Assembly (NCBI RefSeq): GCF_964355755.1
Contig: NC_092670.1
Coordinates: 7,678,201-7,742,200 of the forward strand
DNA from: Antedon mediterranea
Lineage: Eukaryota > Animalia > Echinodermata
DNA length: 64,000 nucleotides
Direction of reading: 5' to 3'
Both the position numbers and the translations under genes were made by a program. Under the pieces are notes generated by a model that saw nothing but the letters and a program-made list of their open reading frames with translations, did not search any database and was not told where the DNA came from. Each line of letters starts with the position of its first letter. Position 1 is the first letter of the stretch. Below, in pieces: positions 46,864 through 59,929 of this stretch.

Positions 46864-48135
46864 AAGTACATAGCTTTTCATCTAGACAAAGACTACAACG
46901 CCCATAAGCGGCGTTCTTAGTGGAGGAATATTTAATTACTTTCCATTTAATTGTAAACATTACGTCATTACATTTCAAAGACCATACGTACTTTGAGAGC
47001 TCGGATTCTTTACTGTACATTTCTTTTTTGAAAGATTTCTTGTGATTGTTAAACCTAGTTTTAAACTGCCCACCCGTCATACCAATATATGTCTTAGTTT
47101 CGTTTATGGTTATGACGTCGGCGGAGTAGACAATTTCAGATGCGAGGCATGAACCATTTAGGGGGCATTCGGGTTTGTTGCGGCAAATGCACGCACTTTC
47201 TCGTTCTGTATGGGGGTTCAGTACATTGTGGTTATGCTTGTTAATTACATTTTTTTACACATGGCATACAACTATAGCTTACTTTAACATTGTTCTTATT
47301 AAATATTGTATGTAATATACGTGTCCATTGGGAAAATGTTTTTTAATTAATGGTAAAAAGGTTCGTGCGACATTTGTCTTAATGTTCGTACTGAATGGTG
47401 GTTTGAACCATATTATGTTTCTCCCTCTGTTTCTTCTTATACCGGATGCGGAGTGGTGGGTGTACAGTAAGTTATCTTTGTGTCCGCTTGTTCGAAGTGC
47501 TTCGCTGTATAGTTGCTTGGTGTTTTCGAATGTTTCTTCGTCGCTTGATAATTGACTTATAGCCTACGCTTATTAACTCCTGCCGGGATCTGCTTTAATA
47601 TCACAGGAGGGTGGTTAGAGGCTATGTTTATGTAAATGGGTTGGTTGCCTGGTTTTCTATATGGTTGGTATTTCCCAGTTGGGCTATTCATCCTTCACAA
47701 ACTTGGTCAACAAAAGTTTAATCGGTCTCTACCGAGACGATGGTTTGGCGGCATTCAAGAATGTGTCATCCCGTAAAATTATTGAGATAAAAGCAGAGTT
47801 ATATAAAATTTTCAGTAATTTCGGATTAAAGATAACTACGGAATCGAGCTCGCATACCTCCGCCCCGTCGTAACTGCCCATGGCTACATCGAAGTTACAA
47901 TCAGTACCGCGTTTACTCCATACCGAGTTTCTGTGGAAGAGTAAATTTTCACGAGAATGCATTATTACATCAATGTCTAGTTTGGGAATACGAGTGTAAT
48001 TGCTGGCCCAGTCGATTGCCGTGCTTAATAAGTTTAGTGATATAGATGGATAAAAGTCCACTATATCGAACATAATACATGTGTGTCGATGTTTGTCTGT
48101 ATAATGTTCTTGAACCAGTCAACTACAGTCCTCAC
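46864..48135 (-). mobile_element. Penelope-like retroelement relic (RT + GIY-YIG endonuclease)
   Basis: RT motifs FDIVDFYPSI, DVAMGSYDGAEVCEL, GLYRDDGL (inverted), YRKPGNQPIYINIASNHPP, IIWFKPPFS, LSYSCMP; GIY-YIG CPLNGSC..IVY..TYIGMT..FKTRFNNHKKSF..ELSKYVW..CSLCLDEKL. Frameshifted. Confidence 0.9.
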
Positions 48136-49115
48136 GCTTGTTTCGCACTACCTGTACAGTAGCACGCAATGAGGGGACGTAATCCCAACATAGGCCTAAT
48201 CGAATTGACCAATTGCAAGCGGCCGTTTAGATTGTCCATCTCTTGTCAAAGATGATACCCTTAAGTCCATGTGTTACGTCTTTGTGATGGTAACGGAGAT
48301 TTAACGTGAAATGGTTAAACTTTTTTTCTATTCCTCCCTTTAAGATATGAGATAGGCATATATCAATTTTCCTATATCATAGATAATTATTAGGCAAGAA
48401 AAAACAAATTGTCATACCGTAGGCCTATACATTTTTATTGTTTGAACGCGCCCTTAAATAATGCGTACGTGTTACTTCGTTGACGATAATGTGTTACGCA
48501 TTGAATTGTCACAAAAATAAAACTATTGTTTTTATAAATATTTCTCTCATGGATTATTATAAGTGCTCTCTGGGAAGTTGAGTTTGAAGTAAATAAAGAA
48601 ATAAATCTGAAATTGTATACGATAATTGAAATCATGAATTATTCTGTCAACCTGCATACTGTTGTGTCCTTGAACGTTCACTACGCAAAGTAAAAGGGCG
48701 CCGCCTATCCATATTAATTTTTTTTCTCATGTTTTATAATCGAACAACGCCCGCTGTCGAAGAAGATATAATTATACAGTATGCATTTGAGAGAACATCT
48801 CTCGTAAATGAACACCTTGTAACAATCATTCCAAATCCTGATTTGTTTTGTCATCTAACCAGCGTAGTGCTAGTTGGTGCCTTTATTATACCAGGGAGAG
48901 GTATAAAACAATTATTTGTATACCTCCCTGATTATACCTCCATAATAACTTTCTGCCAGTTTTACCGTTTGGTGCTGTATGATAAACCTCCTGTAGGCGA
49001 TCACTAAATATAATGTTAGACATTACTATTACTAAAAAAACTAATTATTTAAATATAAATGTAAATCAAATATTAGGCCTCTTTCATGTGGTCCTATATC
49101 TGCAAGAACTTCTAC

Positions 49116-49294
49116 AGCTTGGTTCCCACTAGAGCGTAACGCAAGGACGTAAACGCAACGCAAGCGTTTTAACCAATGACAAGCGAAGTTATAGACAGTT
49201 AGCAATCACAAGCGAATAAGCCATCGCTTTTGATTGGTCAATTCACTTGCGTTGCGTTACGTCCTTGTGTTGCGTCGCTAGTGGGAACCACGCT
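49116..49294. mobile_element. Palindromic MITE family A
   Basis: Nearly identical to the copy at 50218-50403. Confidence 0.85.
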
Positions 49295-50217
49295 TAAGAG
49301 GTCAAACATCCCGGCCCTGTGAGTATAAGATACACTTTATTCCTTGTCTGGAGGTAATTCAACTGTAGTCTCTCCCTGAACTTAGTGTCTTGTTATTATT
49401 GTTTTTTTCTTTATCAGGGTAGCAACCGTTGTCAACTAAGGATATAGTTGAAATTAATTGTACAAATAAGATTATTATTGTTCACTTCTCTTAAACAACA
49501 TATTTACAAACTTTGTATGTTGAAAGAGAGCGAAACTCCCTTCGAGCTCATCTATGATTTCCCATGTTCGTCGTAAATAATCGAACAATCAATTTGTATA
49601 TCTTATGAAAATTAATAAATGCATCGGCACCTTTGATTGACACGCCTGTGCTTTTTAATTTGATGTGATGCTGTAAAATATCCAATTACAGTTATCTGGT
49701 AAGGAATACAATGTTAAGTGCCTACTAACTAACAATACGATAACAATAAATACGTTGTTTGTCAGTGTTTTCTAGATTAACTGTCGGATATATCGTTAAA
49801 TAGTTTGATTTTATGTGTTGCAATTTCAAATGAATATTACCACATACGTGGTAATGATACTTATTGATATTTTTATTGTTTACTATCAACTGTAGACATT
49901 GAATAAAAGAATGCTTTAATGTATGTAATAATGTTGTTCCGTATGGTATCTAAACATTAGCGAACTTTTGTTGTCACAGCGCAATGTTGGTCGTCTCCTG
50001 GACCTCAACCAACCTTTGTCGAGTTGAGGAGCGAGGATACACGTCCCAGTATTTCCGCATGCGCACAAAGACTAACATGACGTAGTTTGATCGCCGTTCT
50101 TCACAAAACGTCATATGATCAGCTAATATGCGCAGAATGACCAGCTCAGAAACATGCGCAGAATGACTGTATCGAATCAAAAGTTTTGCGTACTCGCGTC
50201 GTCGAAGATCACTATTA

Positions 50218-50403
50218 AGCTTGGTTCCAACTAGAACGTAACGCAAGGGCGTAAACGCAACGCAAGCGTTTTAACCAATGACAAGCGAAGTTATAGACAG
50301 TTAGCAATATCACAAGCGAATAAGCCATCGCTTGTGATTGGTCAATTCACTTGCGTTGCGTTACCGTACGTCCTTGTGTTGCGTCGCTAGTGGGAACGAC
50401 GCT
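50218..50403. mobile_element. Palindromic MITE family A
   Basis: agcttggttccaactag...ctagtgggaacgacgct. Confidence 0.85.
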
Positions 50404-51728
50404 TTACTGTATATTAAAACTGTAAAAATCCCTCATAAGAATATATTACCCCGTGGAAGTCTGTGCATTTTTGTTTTCACGTGAAAAGTGTAATTGTGTG
50501 TGATGCAGTTTACTATTATAGGCCTAATTTTGATATGAATTTAAATGTCCATAAAGGAATGTCAATAAGGTCACGTTTATTGAAACCTTTTTGCAGAATC
50601 ATTATTATTATTCTCGTTCCTTAAATAGCTGGCATTTATATTTTTGTAATGTTTTAAAAATTATACGAACGCATTAACTTAACTCTTAATTTTAATATAA
50701 AATTTAGTAAAATGTACAGTATACAGTGCCTATTTCACTTCTGATGGTATATATTACTTTCACAGCAAAGTTGATACTTACAATTAGCTTCTTCAGATTA
50801 ATGATTCATATAATTGTCTATCTAACACCAATGCAAATTATTTTATATTTGTCTAATGAAAGATGAAATTGTGTACGATTTTGAAACAAATATCTTAAAA
50901 TATTTCTAACATTAGGCCGAGTTGAACATTAAAATAATGTAGTTCGTTTTTGTTAAGTACTGTATCAGTTTTATATCGTTCCGAAAGCTTGATTGCTCAA
51001 ACGATATCCACATATGGCATTTATTTATTGAAACTCATAGCTGATAAGTCTTAAGTGCATTTTAATGTCGTTCGTTTGATCACATGATCTGATGTCGCAA
51101 TTGCTTATTCTTGGTATTTCTATTGTAGTCATAGTTCCAGTTTTATTAGGAATGATAAAATTATATTTAACGCGTCCAGAATGACATATAAAACGATGGA
51201 TGTTCTGGTTTTGATCTAATTTGACATCCGTGGCTTTCAATCTTTAAAATCACCGATACAAAAGTCGAGAGGTAGGTCGCCCGAAGAAGCACGTGCCGCC
51301 GCTATTCGTTGCTATCTCTACAAATTCTACATTTGATATACAATTCCTGAATGTATCCTAGCCATTCGATTGGTTAATTCCGTATCAAATGTTAGTATAT
51401 TAGTTCTATTACACGGTAATTGTTCAATTTATTTGTTTTATTACACGGAAGCGTTTTTTGTAAAAATAAAAGTTATGTCAAATATCAAATTCTGTGCCAT
51501 GCGAAGCCAACGCTGTCTAAAATTGTTGGTTCATTGAAACAGCGGGTTAATTGAATATTACGGCGTGTTGTGAAACAAAACTGTGTATGTTTTGCTTCCG
51601 AATGATATGTATGCCTAGAACTCATCATTGGGAGACTTTCCCATAAAAGGAACGAAAAATGAAAAATAACAGACGAGGCGCGCAGAAACCAAAAAAGATG
51701 AAAACTCTTGTAGCGAGATTACCTATAT

Positions 51729-51836
51729 AAAAACAAGGCCATATAGATGGCTGCAGTCGCGTGCTCAAGTTAGTGTTTACCGACCGACCAACGGACCGAC
51801 GTAGTGAGCTGTAGAGTCGCGTTACACGCGACTAAT
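51729..51836 (-). mobile_element. Minimal (~105 bp) Helentron-like element
   Basis: Both ends of the 11505-12208 element joined through the gacc microsatellite. Confidence 0.7.
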
Positions 51837-52482
51837 AACTGGGTACCATTTGTGTTCAGAAAATTTGACATATGTATGGGTCATTCTGAAGTGCCACTTT
51901 GTTGGTTTCCGAAGTTGTTCTGTTAATACAGATTCTAAGCGCCTACAGAAATAATAGGCGCAGTAAAGTTAACAAGTACTTTGTTATACAACTGCCATAA
52001 ACGTTTATTTTTACCAAAACAAAATGTATCAACGAACGGTATGATAAATGTGTTTTTTATACGATACAAATAAATGAATCTTAACAAACGATATAAATTA
52101 TAATACATATTGTATTGATATCAGCCTAATAGGGCATTTAAATCCAGTAAAGTGTTTTTTTTATCGGAGCACATAACGATCACATTTTCAAGAACACAAC
52201 CACGGGATTACTTAACAAAAGAAAAATTAGGAATTGTTTTTTGAATTACTTTATATGTTTTTATAGTCATATACAAAAACAGTTTTGCTGTATTAATAAT
52301 TTCTATAAAAATAAATTAGAATTATGAAAACAACTGAAAACAAAAACTAAAAGCGTTAACTCGTTATCGAGGAGAATACTATAACTACGAAGTGTTTAGC
52401 CAGTCGTCCTTGGTTGGACAGAATACTATTGATCTAAAAAAAACACGCTTCATTGAAAATCACCGATTCTACACCGATTCTA

Positions 52483-52670
52483 AAGCTCTGTCTTATACTA
52501 TCAAACTAGTTTGACAAAAAAAAAATGCGATGTTCCCAAATAGGGTAGTGACATGCCCAAATAGGTAGTGACGTGCCCAAATAGGGTAGTGACATGCCCA
52601 AATAGGTTAGTGATATGCCCAAATATGGTATTGATATGACATCATCATGTCCATATATTGGCACATGCAC
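52483..52670. mobile_element. MITE family B copy with an internally amplified ~21-bp unit
   Basis: Same left end as 4059-4184; tgcccaaatagggtagtgac repeated ~5 times. Confidence 0.7.
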
Positions 52671-53417
52671 CTTCCTAAAACTATGCACACATAAGCTATA
52701 TTCACATTTAAAAAGTCATAAAGAACCTTTTACTAATGTATATTACTGTCATTCCGACATAAACATGATTCAAACTTGTTTCAATAAGTTAAATTTTCAA
52801 CAGTCCCCCTAGAAATTATCAAAACGTCAACTTAAAACTTTTCTTTTCAATTAATAATTGTTAGGGCGCATTATATAACTTACATAGGCCTAGATAAGTA
52901 GGAAGTACTTTAAAAAAGTACGGTAGAGTGTAACAGAAAAAAAAAGAAAAATAAGAAAAATAAATCGATCATAATTAGGATGCATGATCAACAAAAATGT
53001 TTTGCCTTTACCTGGCCTTCAATTTTGTTGGTAGAAGATTCACAGATTTTACATTTGGCATCTTTAAAATAATATGTGTAATAAAAACGAGGATTATGTG
53101 ACATATTAGTTGAGAAATAAACATTACGTTTGAATTAATTTATAGTGCTTTATGATTATCAGATATTAAAAGTAGGAAATGAATAACGAAATTGATCTTG
53201 ATTCGTTAATGTACCATTGCTATTAGAAAATTAATTAAAATAGAACGAATATTAAGTGAATGGATACTCTTAAATATTAGTACTTAATAGGACGGATGAT
53301 TTCGTCGATCTTTGCGAACAGCTTTTTGATGAATCTTTCTGATGATGAGAGGTTGGTACCGGTACTCCTAATATATCTCATAATAATAATACGGTACGAT
53401 GCAATCCAAGTTAAAAG

Positions 53418-53710
53418 GGATCCATTCCAGGTGTAAATAGATCTTTTCCGAGTGTTGATGGATTCTTTACGAGTGTAGGGATCCTCTCCGTGTGTATAAT
53501 GAATGCTCTCCGAGTGTTACGGATCATCTCCGGGTATTATAGATCTTATCCAGGTTTCTCCTCTTTTATAGGGATCCTCTTTGGGTGTATGTGATCTTCT
53601 CCAGGCGTATAGGGATCTTCTCCGGGGGCGTACAGGGATCTTCTCCGATTGCATAATATGGATCTTCTCCGGGTGTGTAGATATCCTCTCCGGATGTATA
53701 GAATCCAGTC
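53418..53710. repeat. Degenerate ~20-22-bp minisatellite (ggatcttctccgggtgt..)
   Basis: About 13 diverged units are visible. Confidence 0.75.
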
Positions 53711-54743
53711 GATTTAAATCGTGATATATTCTTCCCATCCAATGACAAAACATTCATTGTTTGTTTTTGATTACACCTGTAGGCCTACTTGTCGATTAGT
53801 TGATTAGTACCATATATTAACTTAATCGTTTAAAAAAAAGAAAAATACGAATGCCAGGTGATACGAAATCATCTGTATGTGGGTTATAAATATTTAACCC
53901 GTAAATTCATACCTTGTAAACCTATCCAAAACATTATTTAGATCTTATTTTTCCTTTTACTTGTATTTCGATTTATAATGTACCGTATAACAATAACATG
54001 ACAATGAGGGTAATAAGAAAATATTTTGTATAGAGCAGCGTATATTTAATGTACTATTTAAAAAGTAGATATTTTAATTAAGGAACGTGCGTGATCATAA
54101 CGATCATTTACCGTTTATTGTAGAAAAGGCGATATGTGTTTGCCGATCACCAATGTTGTGCTATTTTTACTTTTTAATCTAGAACCATCTATACAGATAT
54201 AAAAACAAGTCATTATATTTGGATTTTATTCGTTAATGAGCGAAAATTTAAACTATATGTTTAGGAAATGAGTGATGGAAATGAACTAACCTCAGTGACA
54301 TCACATTTTTAACAACTCCTTATCATTTCAATATAAACCATTAGCCTAAAAATAGCGATCATTATCAAGAAAAACTCATCCGTAATATCTTTAATGACAG
54401 CAATGATGTTTATATATTTTACTAATCATACAAAAACTTTTATATAGTACAAATAATGAATGTTTGTGAGTTCAATGCGGTGAATATTGTAATGAGTTGA
54501 AAGATTATATTCAACAAGACGAAGTAAAGTTGAATAGGAAAAACACGCTTCCAAACTACTCCTCCATTCAACGAATACAAATATTCAATTTGGGAGTTTC
54601 CCACGCAACGCGTAAACCTTAACTTTAACGTTATATTTCGGATGCAAGCCGAGCCGAGAAGTGTCAATTTTTTGTTTCTTGATAATTTTGTTTACAGTGG
54701 GCAGCAGAAAATATGAAATGTTGATAGAAAACCCATATTTATT

Positions 54744-54862
54744 TTGGTTCCCACTAAGACGCAACGCGGTAAAGTAAGTGAAATTCAAAAAGAAAAGACC
54801 AATCACAAATGATGAATTATATAAACTGTCGCTTGCTATTGGTCATTGCGTTGCGTTCTACT
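54744..54862. mobile_element. Degenerate MITE family A
   Basis: ttggttcccactaagacgcaacgc...gaccaatcacaa...ttgcgttgcgttcta. Confidence 0.6.
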
Positions 54863-55661
54863 AAAAACCTACATCTGAGCACCTGTCTTACGTCATACAT
54901 TAATACTTTACCATAGCATGGGGCGCAATCGTCGCCAATACTTGTCAGAAAAAGTGATCGTGTGTGAAGTGTTGCCCATTAACCGACAAATACTGCTGTT
55001 AAACTAACTTGCTGTAATTGAGTGTGACTAGGATAGCAGTGATAGTAGTCACAAATTATAGTTAAATATAATTTGAAATACTAGGTATAGTATCATCTAG
55101 CCATGACATGAAGATATAGTTCAAATAAAATGATTTTAATGAGAAAACGCAATGTCATACGATTTAACTATACTATATGTCACAATAGCGTCATTCATCT
55201 TATTTATATTATCATTAACGTAACGTAAATTAAATTTACTATTTTGACAATATTGTTGTCCCTCAAGAAAAAAAGTTGTGATTCTACTTATAGACCTTAT
55301 ACATATAAAACTTATTTTAAATAGTAAGGCAAATAGGGGATTTATTATATTTTAGTGTACAAATATGAATAAGCAGTAACATATACATATTCAACTACTT
55401 ACTGTATATTAATAGGCAATGTGTTTTTTACCTAGGTCTAGATTCCTGTTGACTTTTTTCAGTCTAAATGAATGATTAGAAACTGTTATTATAGTTTTAA
55501 TTCGCTAGATGCCGCCAGAAATAGATTGTGTAACCCTTTTTAGGCTAAAATGTGTATATTATGTTTCGATTCCTATCACAAATGCTCCAACAAAACATGA
55601 TTTATTGTGGCGATATAAAAATGTAGGCCTATAGTTTGTCGCCTGGGCGTCATGAGAAAAA

Positions 55662-56660
55662 TCACACCGCGTCGTTAGTCGAGTCTTCTTCGCCCTCTAC
55701 ACCCCGTCGGCAATTTGCAGCCGTGCGTTTAATTTGACGATTACTTAACATCACCACTATCGGATTTACGAATGCCAAACTGTACGCAAGAAGTGTGGCA
55801 ACGTGTCGATAATTTGAAAGCAGTAATGACGTCGATATGACTTTGAGATTGAGCAACAAGAAGAAAAGCTGATCTTGACCCCAAAAAAACACAAATAGTA
55901 ATGACAATATAAAGAAACTAATTATATCATTTGATATTGACGAACATCTGTCAAATCGTGGGTATTGCTGTGATAGAATGACATCAATAGCATACGTATT
56001 GCTTCTTTTAATTTTATAGCGAATATGACAGTACACCATCACGTGGAAGAAAGTTGGTACGGCGTATAAAATGACAAAGATGAAAATACTAAATGCCTGA
56101 AATTGGTTAATCGTCACCCACTTAACAGTACATTCGTCATTTTCAGTTGCTGAAACTACTAATATTCCGGAAAAGTTTATGAAAATTGCTATTATCCATA
56201 TACACAAAGTAACGAGTCTACTGAGATTGTGATTTCTTTCGATGTGTTTTCGATGACACCTTGGATGTACCACGTGCACATAACGATCTAGAGTTATGAA
56301 AAGCTGTGAAAGTATTCCGGCGATGTTACCAATCCAAAACAACATCGGATAAAACACAAGTAAACAGTAGATGGAGCCCATAGTATCATCCGGTACGTCA
56401 CTCACTGCAGGAAATGGAATGATACCGACAGACGAGACCAAGTTAGAAAATGTCAAACTTTCTAGGAGACAATATACAGATGTCGGAACTCCGTCTGTCA
56501 CGCGACGTCTCAGGAACAAGACCAGTAAAAGGAGGTTGAATGTGATACCACAGACTGCCAGGCATATCCTAAAGAGGACTACTAAATCTGGTTCGCTGTA
56601 TTTTTTTCCCGAGTTTAGAAATACCTCCTCATTGTACCTGTCATCAATCAAGTGCTCCAT
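55662..56660 (-). CDS. Class A (rhodopsin-like) GPCR, intronless CDS, orphan/chemoreceptor-like, 332 aa
   Basis: Seven hydrophobic segments; TM1 GxxxN, TM2 SLTFSN, TM3 Cys and LDRYVHVVHP, TM4 Trp, ECL2 Cys, TM5 YAVP..Y, TM7 VNPIV. Confidence 0.88.
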   Translation of the reverse strand: MEHLIDDRYNEEVFLNSGKKYSEPDLVVLFRICLAVCGITFNLLLLVLFLRRRVTDGVPTSVYCLLESLTFSNLVSSVGIIPFPAVSDVPDDTMGSIYCLLVFYPMLFWIGNIAGILSQLFITLDRYVHVVHPRCHRKHIERNHNLSRLVTLCIWIIAIFINFSGILVVSATENDECTVKWVTINQFQAFSIFIFVILYAVPTFFHVMVYCHIRYKIKRSNTYAIDVILSQQYPRFDRCSSISNDIISFFILSLLFVFFWGQDQLFFLLLNLKVISTSLLLSNYRHVATLLAYSLAFVNPIVVMLSNRQIKRTAANCRRGVEGEEDSTNDAV

Positions 56661-57294
56661 TGATAATCTTCAAAGAGAGATTAAGGAGAATCGATCAAAT
56701 GTCTTTAAAGAGTGTTCTACTCAAACACCTTGCGTACATACTAAGTGCATATACATCCTTTATGGTAGACCTTTCTGCTTTCGTACAACAAGATTCCGAA
56801 ACATGATGTAGTATCATAAATATTTATTGAACTGTTTTATTGCACGCGAACTTGCCTTTAAAATTAGTAAAGTTATTGTTATACACAGAAACTATGCTAA
56901 TATCCCTACCAGCAATTTATCAACCGTACTTATAATGTGAATAACAAAAGGATGTTATACTACAATATGATAATTTACTCCAATAACATATTTATTAAGA
57001 AAATACCAATATAGTTTAATGTATTTCTGTATTTTTTACCGTTAAACAAATATCGCTAAAGTTGATTTGAGGCGCTTTTGAGGGGGTTCGCCCACCTTTA
57101 AAAATATATCTTTAAAATCATTATGTATTATGCCTATGTATTGATAACACAGTATTATCCACACAGGGTACGATAGTTTAATGAATAACATAATGAACAC
57201 ACATTAAACTCTTGATTTTTGTAATGGTACTATTTAGTTTAGTTTTTGAAATTTTAAACAATACCCAAGAACACGTACATTCTTTTGCACAGCT

Positions 57295-57500
57295 CTCGGA
57301 GCTCCGTCCTTTTTGGAATGCTCTTCCACAATCAATCAAGAAGAATGCCAACTCTATTGACATCTTCAAACAGTTGCTGAAAACCCATCCCTTTCGCATA
57401 ACATATGGATTACATGATTTCTACCTGGCTCAAGCCTTTAGTACTTTAGGGAATGTATTATGGTTAGGCGCTATACAAAAAACAATTATGATCATTGTTG
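57295..57500 (+). mobile_element. 3' end of an L2/CR1-type LINE
   Basis: WNALPQSIK..NSIDIFKQLLKTH is typical of ORF2 C-termini, followed by a gcgctatacaaaa tail. Confidence 0.6.
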
Positions 57501-57635
57501 TTGTATTTAATGTAGCAAACTAGTACTGTAAAAACAATATGCTGAAAGTAGGCTGAATTTTATTTTCATTGTATGCTATGAACATTATTCAAAATTACTT
57601 TATAATTTCGCTATGAATTGTTTTTTAATGACCAG

Positions 57636-57668
<33 letters not shown>

Positions 57669-59335
57669 GAACACATTTATTTTCAATCATTCTTATGAGA
57701 AAATGATTTTTCTTTCATTCTTAATCATAAATTTATTTATTTTTTATATTTTTTTGCACTTCGCGGAAGCATCCCCGCTTTAATTTTTTTTTAAATATTC
57801 ATCGTTCTCTCTTAAATAGTTCTTATACATGTCCTTATATGTCATAACGTGTGTTAATCATAAATAAAAAATTATAGGATAAATGTTACCTCATCACTTG
57901 TTTTTATTCCCATCTGTTTCTATTTTTTTTCATTTCTAAACATTCTATTTTTTTTTTCTTAAAACATATTTCTATATAGTTCTATTAATTACATAAAATA
58001 AGATTACCTTACACAATTTATAATAAGAAATATTACAAAAAACACACAGATAAGAGCAAATTGTTATCGAACCAAACTCATTTGGTATAACGGTACAGGC
58101 TACTAGTCTATCTGCAATTAAAACTGAACTCCATTATACCTATCTTTCATTGTACGACTTATCGGATTTAGTATTATTAATGCAACAGATTAAACAATGT
58201 CATCCGAACCATTCAATTTTCTATCATTTCACAGACCTAGTCATATAATGCCCATATGAACCTAGACTAAATTAGGACAATACCATTACCCATGTACTTA
58301 GATATATAAAAATGTCGTGTTTAGAACATTTTTTACGGGTGAATCAATGGATCGGTGTTTCGAGTGTGGATTAAATCAGATTATCAAATTCAGTCGCTAA
58401 TTCGGATTATAAATCACTGCGCTGTTGAGAGATTAGACAGATTAGTAATGCATATTGATAGAATAATGAAAAATAATAATTACTGATTAAAAGGAGTGTA
58501 ATTAAAGATTACTCTCGTTTGCTATACAATTGCACAACGTAGTTTAATGTTTATGAGTTCAATAATGAGATTGTATTTCTGAGTTGAAAGATTGACTGTT
58601 CTTTTTACCTAGCTACGCCTTGTTAATAAAACAGTCAGGCTTTCAACAAATGACAATATTCTCCATATTAAAAGTACAAAGCACTCATTATTTTTTAACA
58701 TTTTAAAAGTTGTTTTTATATTCGTGCTTTCACTGAGGATTTTAAGGGTTCTTCTTCTTCTTTTTCTTCTTCTTCTTCTTCTCCTTTCACTTGCCTTATA
58801 TAGTTACCATAATCTTCCGACCTAATATTTGTTCTCATTACATGATTTTGTTATTTTTCCACAGATTTAAAAATTAGTGTTTTAGTTAAAGAATCAAGAA
58901 TCAAGAAGAATCATTATTTGCACCACCCTGTGGTAACTGCAGTTTTTGATAAAATGATTATAAGATAATGTCTTGGTGAACGATATTTTTAGTTTTTTGG
59001 TGTTTTTTTTGGGTGAAATGTGACTATCTTTATTTACAAAGAATCTACATCGAAATTAACCATGCCATAGTCTTTGGCCAGTTTACTTCACAACCCTTTC
59101 CAGACAATGCTATTGTTTTTAGCTTATCTTCTTCACACCTCTCCTAACAATGTTCTTCTATAGTTAGTTTCAATCACTCCCATCTTGCTATTGTTTTAGC
59201 TTTCAAACATAGACATCCAATTTCTTCAGTTTCCTGGACTGCATTTCTCACTTCTGAGGACGATCGAAGTATATTGATCGAAGCATCGAGAAACTCAACA
59301 GTTCTTTTCAGAACATGTATATACGTCATGTACCG

Positions 59336-59378
<43 letters not shown>

Positions 59379-59489
59379 AATCATACTGTAAATTATAGAA
59401 ACAGTGCTCATATTCGGAACATGATCTCATAATCGCGTCGAACATAGCTCATTGGCGAAAGTTCCATATTTTTTAGTTGTATGAAAAAA

Positions 59490-59561
59490 TGTCTCTGGCT
59501 GGATTCGAACCTGCAACCTCTCGCTTACAGGGCGAGTATCATACCACTAGACCACAGAGCC
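59490..59561 (-). pseudogene. tRNA-like sequence (tRNA-Pro-like body, TGT at the anticodon position); pseudo-tRNA or SINE head
   Basis: GGCTCTG TG GTCTAGTGGTATGAT A CTCGC CCTGTAA GCGAG AGGTT GCAGG TTCGAAT CCAGC CAGAGAC: cloverleaf with one mismatch each in the acceptor and T stems, and C in place of U33. Confidence 0.65.
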
Positions 59562-59857
59562 ATGTATGGTATTATCACAGATTTTCACCCACCAGATACA
59601 TTCTCTCATACAACAAACGCCCTCACAATCAGTGGAGGCTTAACAAGTCAGAATAAATTCCAACTTTAATTCGCAACGGTTTTTTAAAATAATATTGTGT
59701 ATATGTAAATCAATGATGTTGCGTAGCACTGTGTAAATTATATATAAATCATACTGTAAATTATAGAAACAGTGCTCATATTCGGAACATGATCTCATAA
59801 TCGCGTCGAGCATAGCTCATTGGCGAAAGTTCCATATTTTTTAGTTGTATGAAAAAA

Positions 59858-59929
59858 TGTCTCTGGCTGGATTCGAACCTGCAACCTCTCGCTTACAGGG
59901 CGAGTATCATACCACTAGACCACAGAGCC
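59858..59929 (-). pseudogene. Second identical tRNA-like copy
   Basis: Identical to 59490-59561. Confidence 0.65.

Noticed and set aside
56371-56811. 146-aa plus-strand ORF
   Set aside because: Antisense overlap of the GPCR CDS with no independent coding features.
59490-59929. Functional tRNA-Thr(TGT) genes
   Set aside because: Mismatches in the acceptor and T stems, C at position 33 and a Pro-like body; reported as tRNA-like only.
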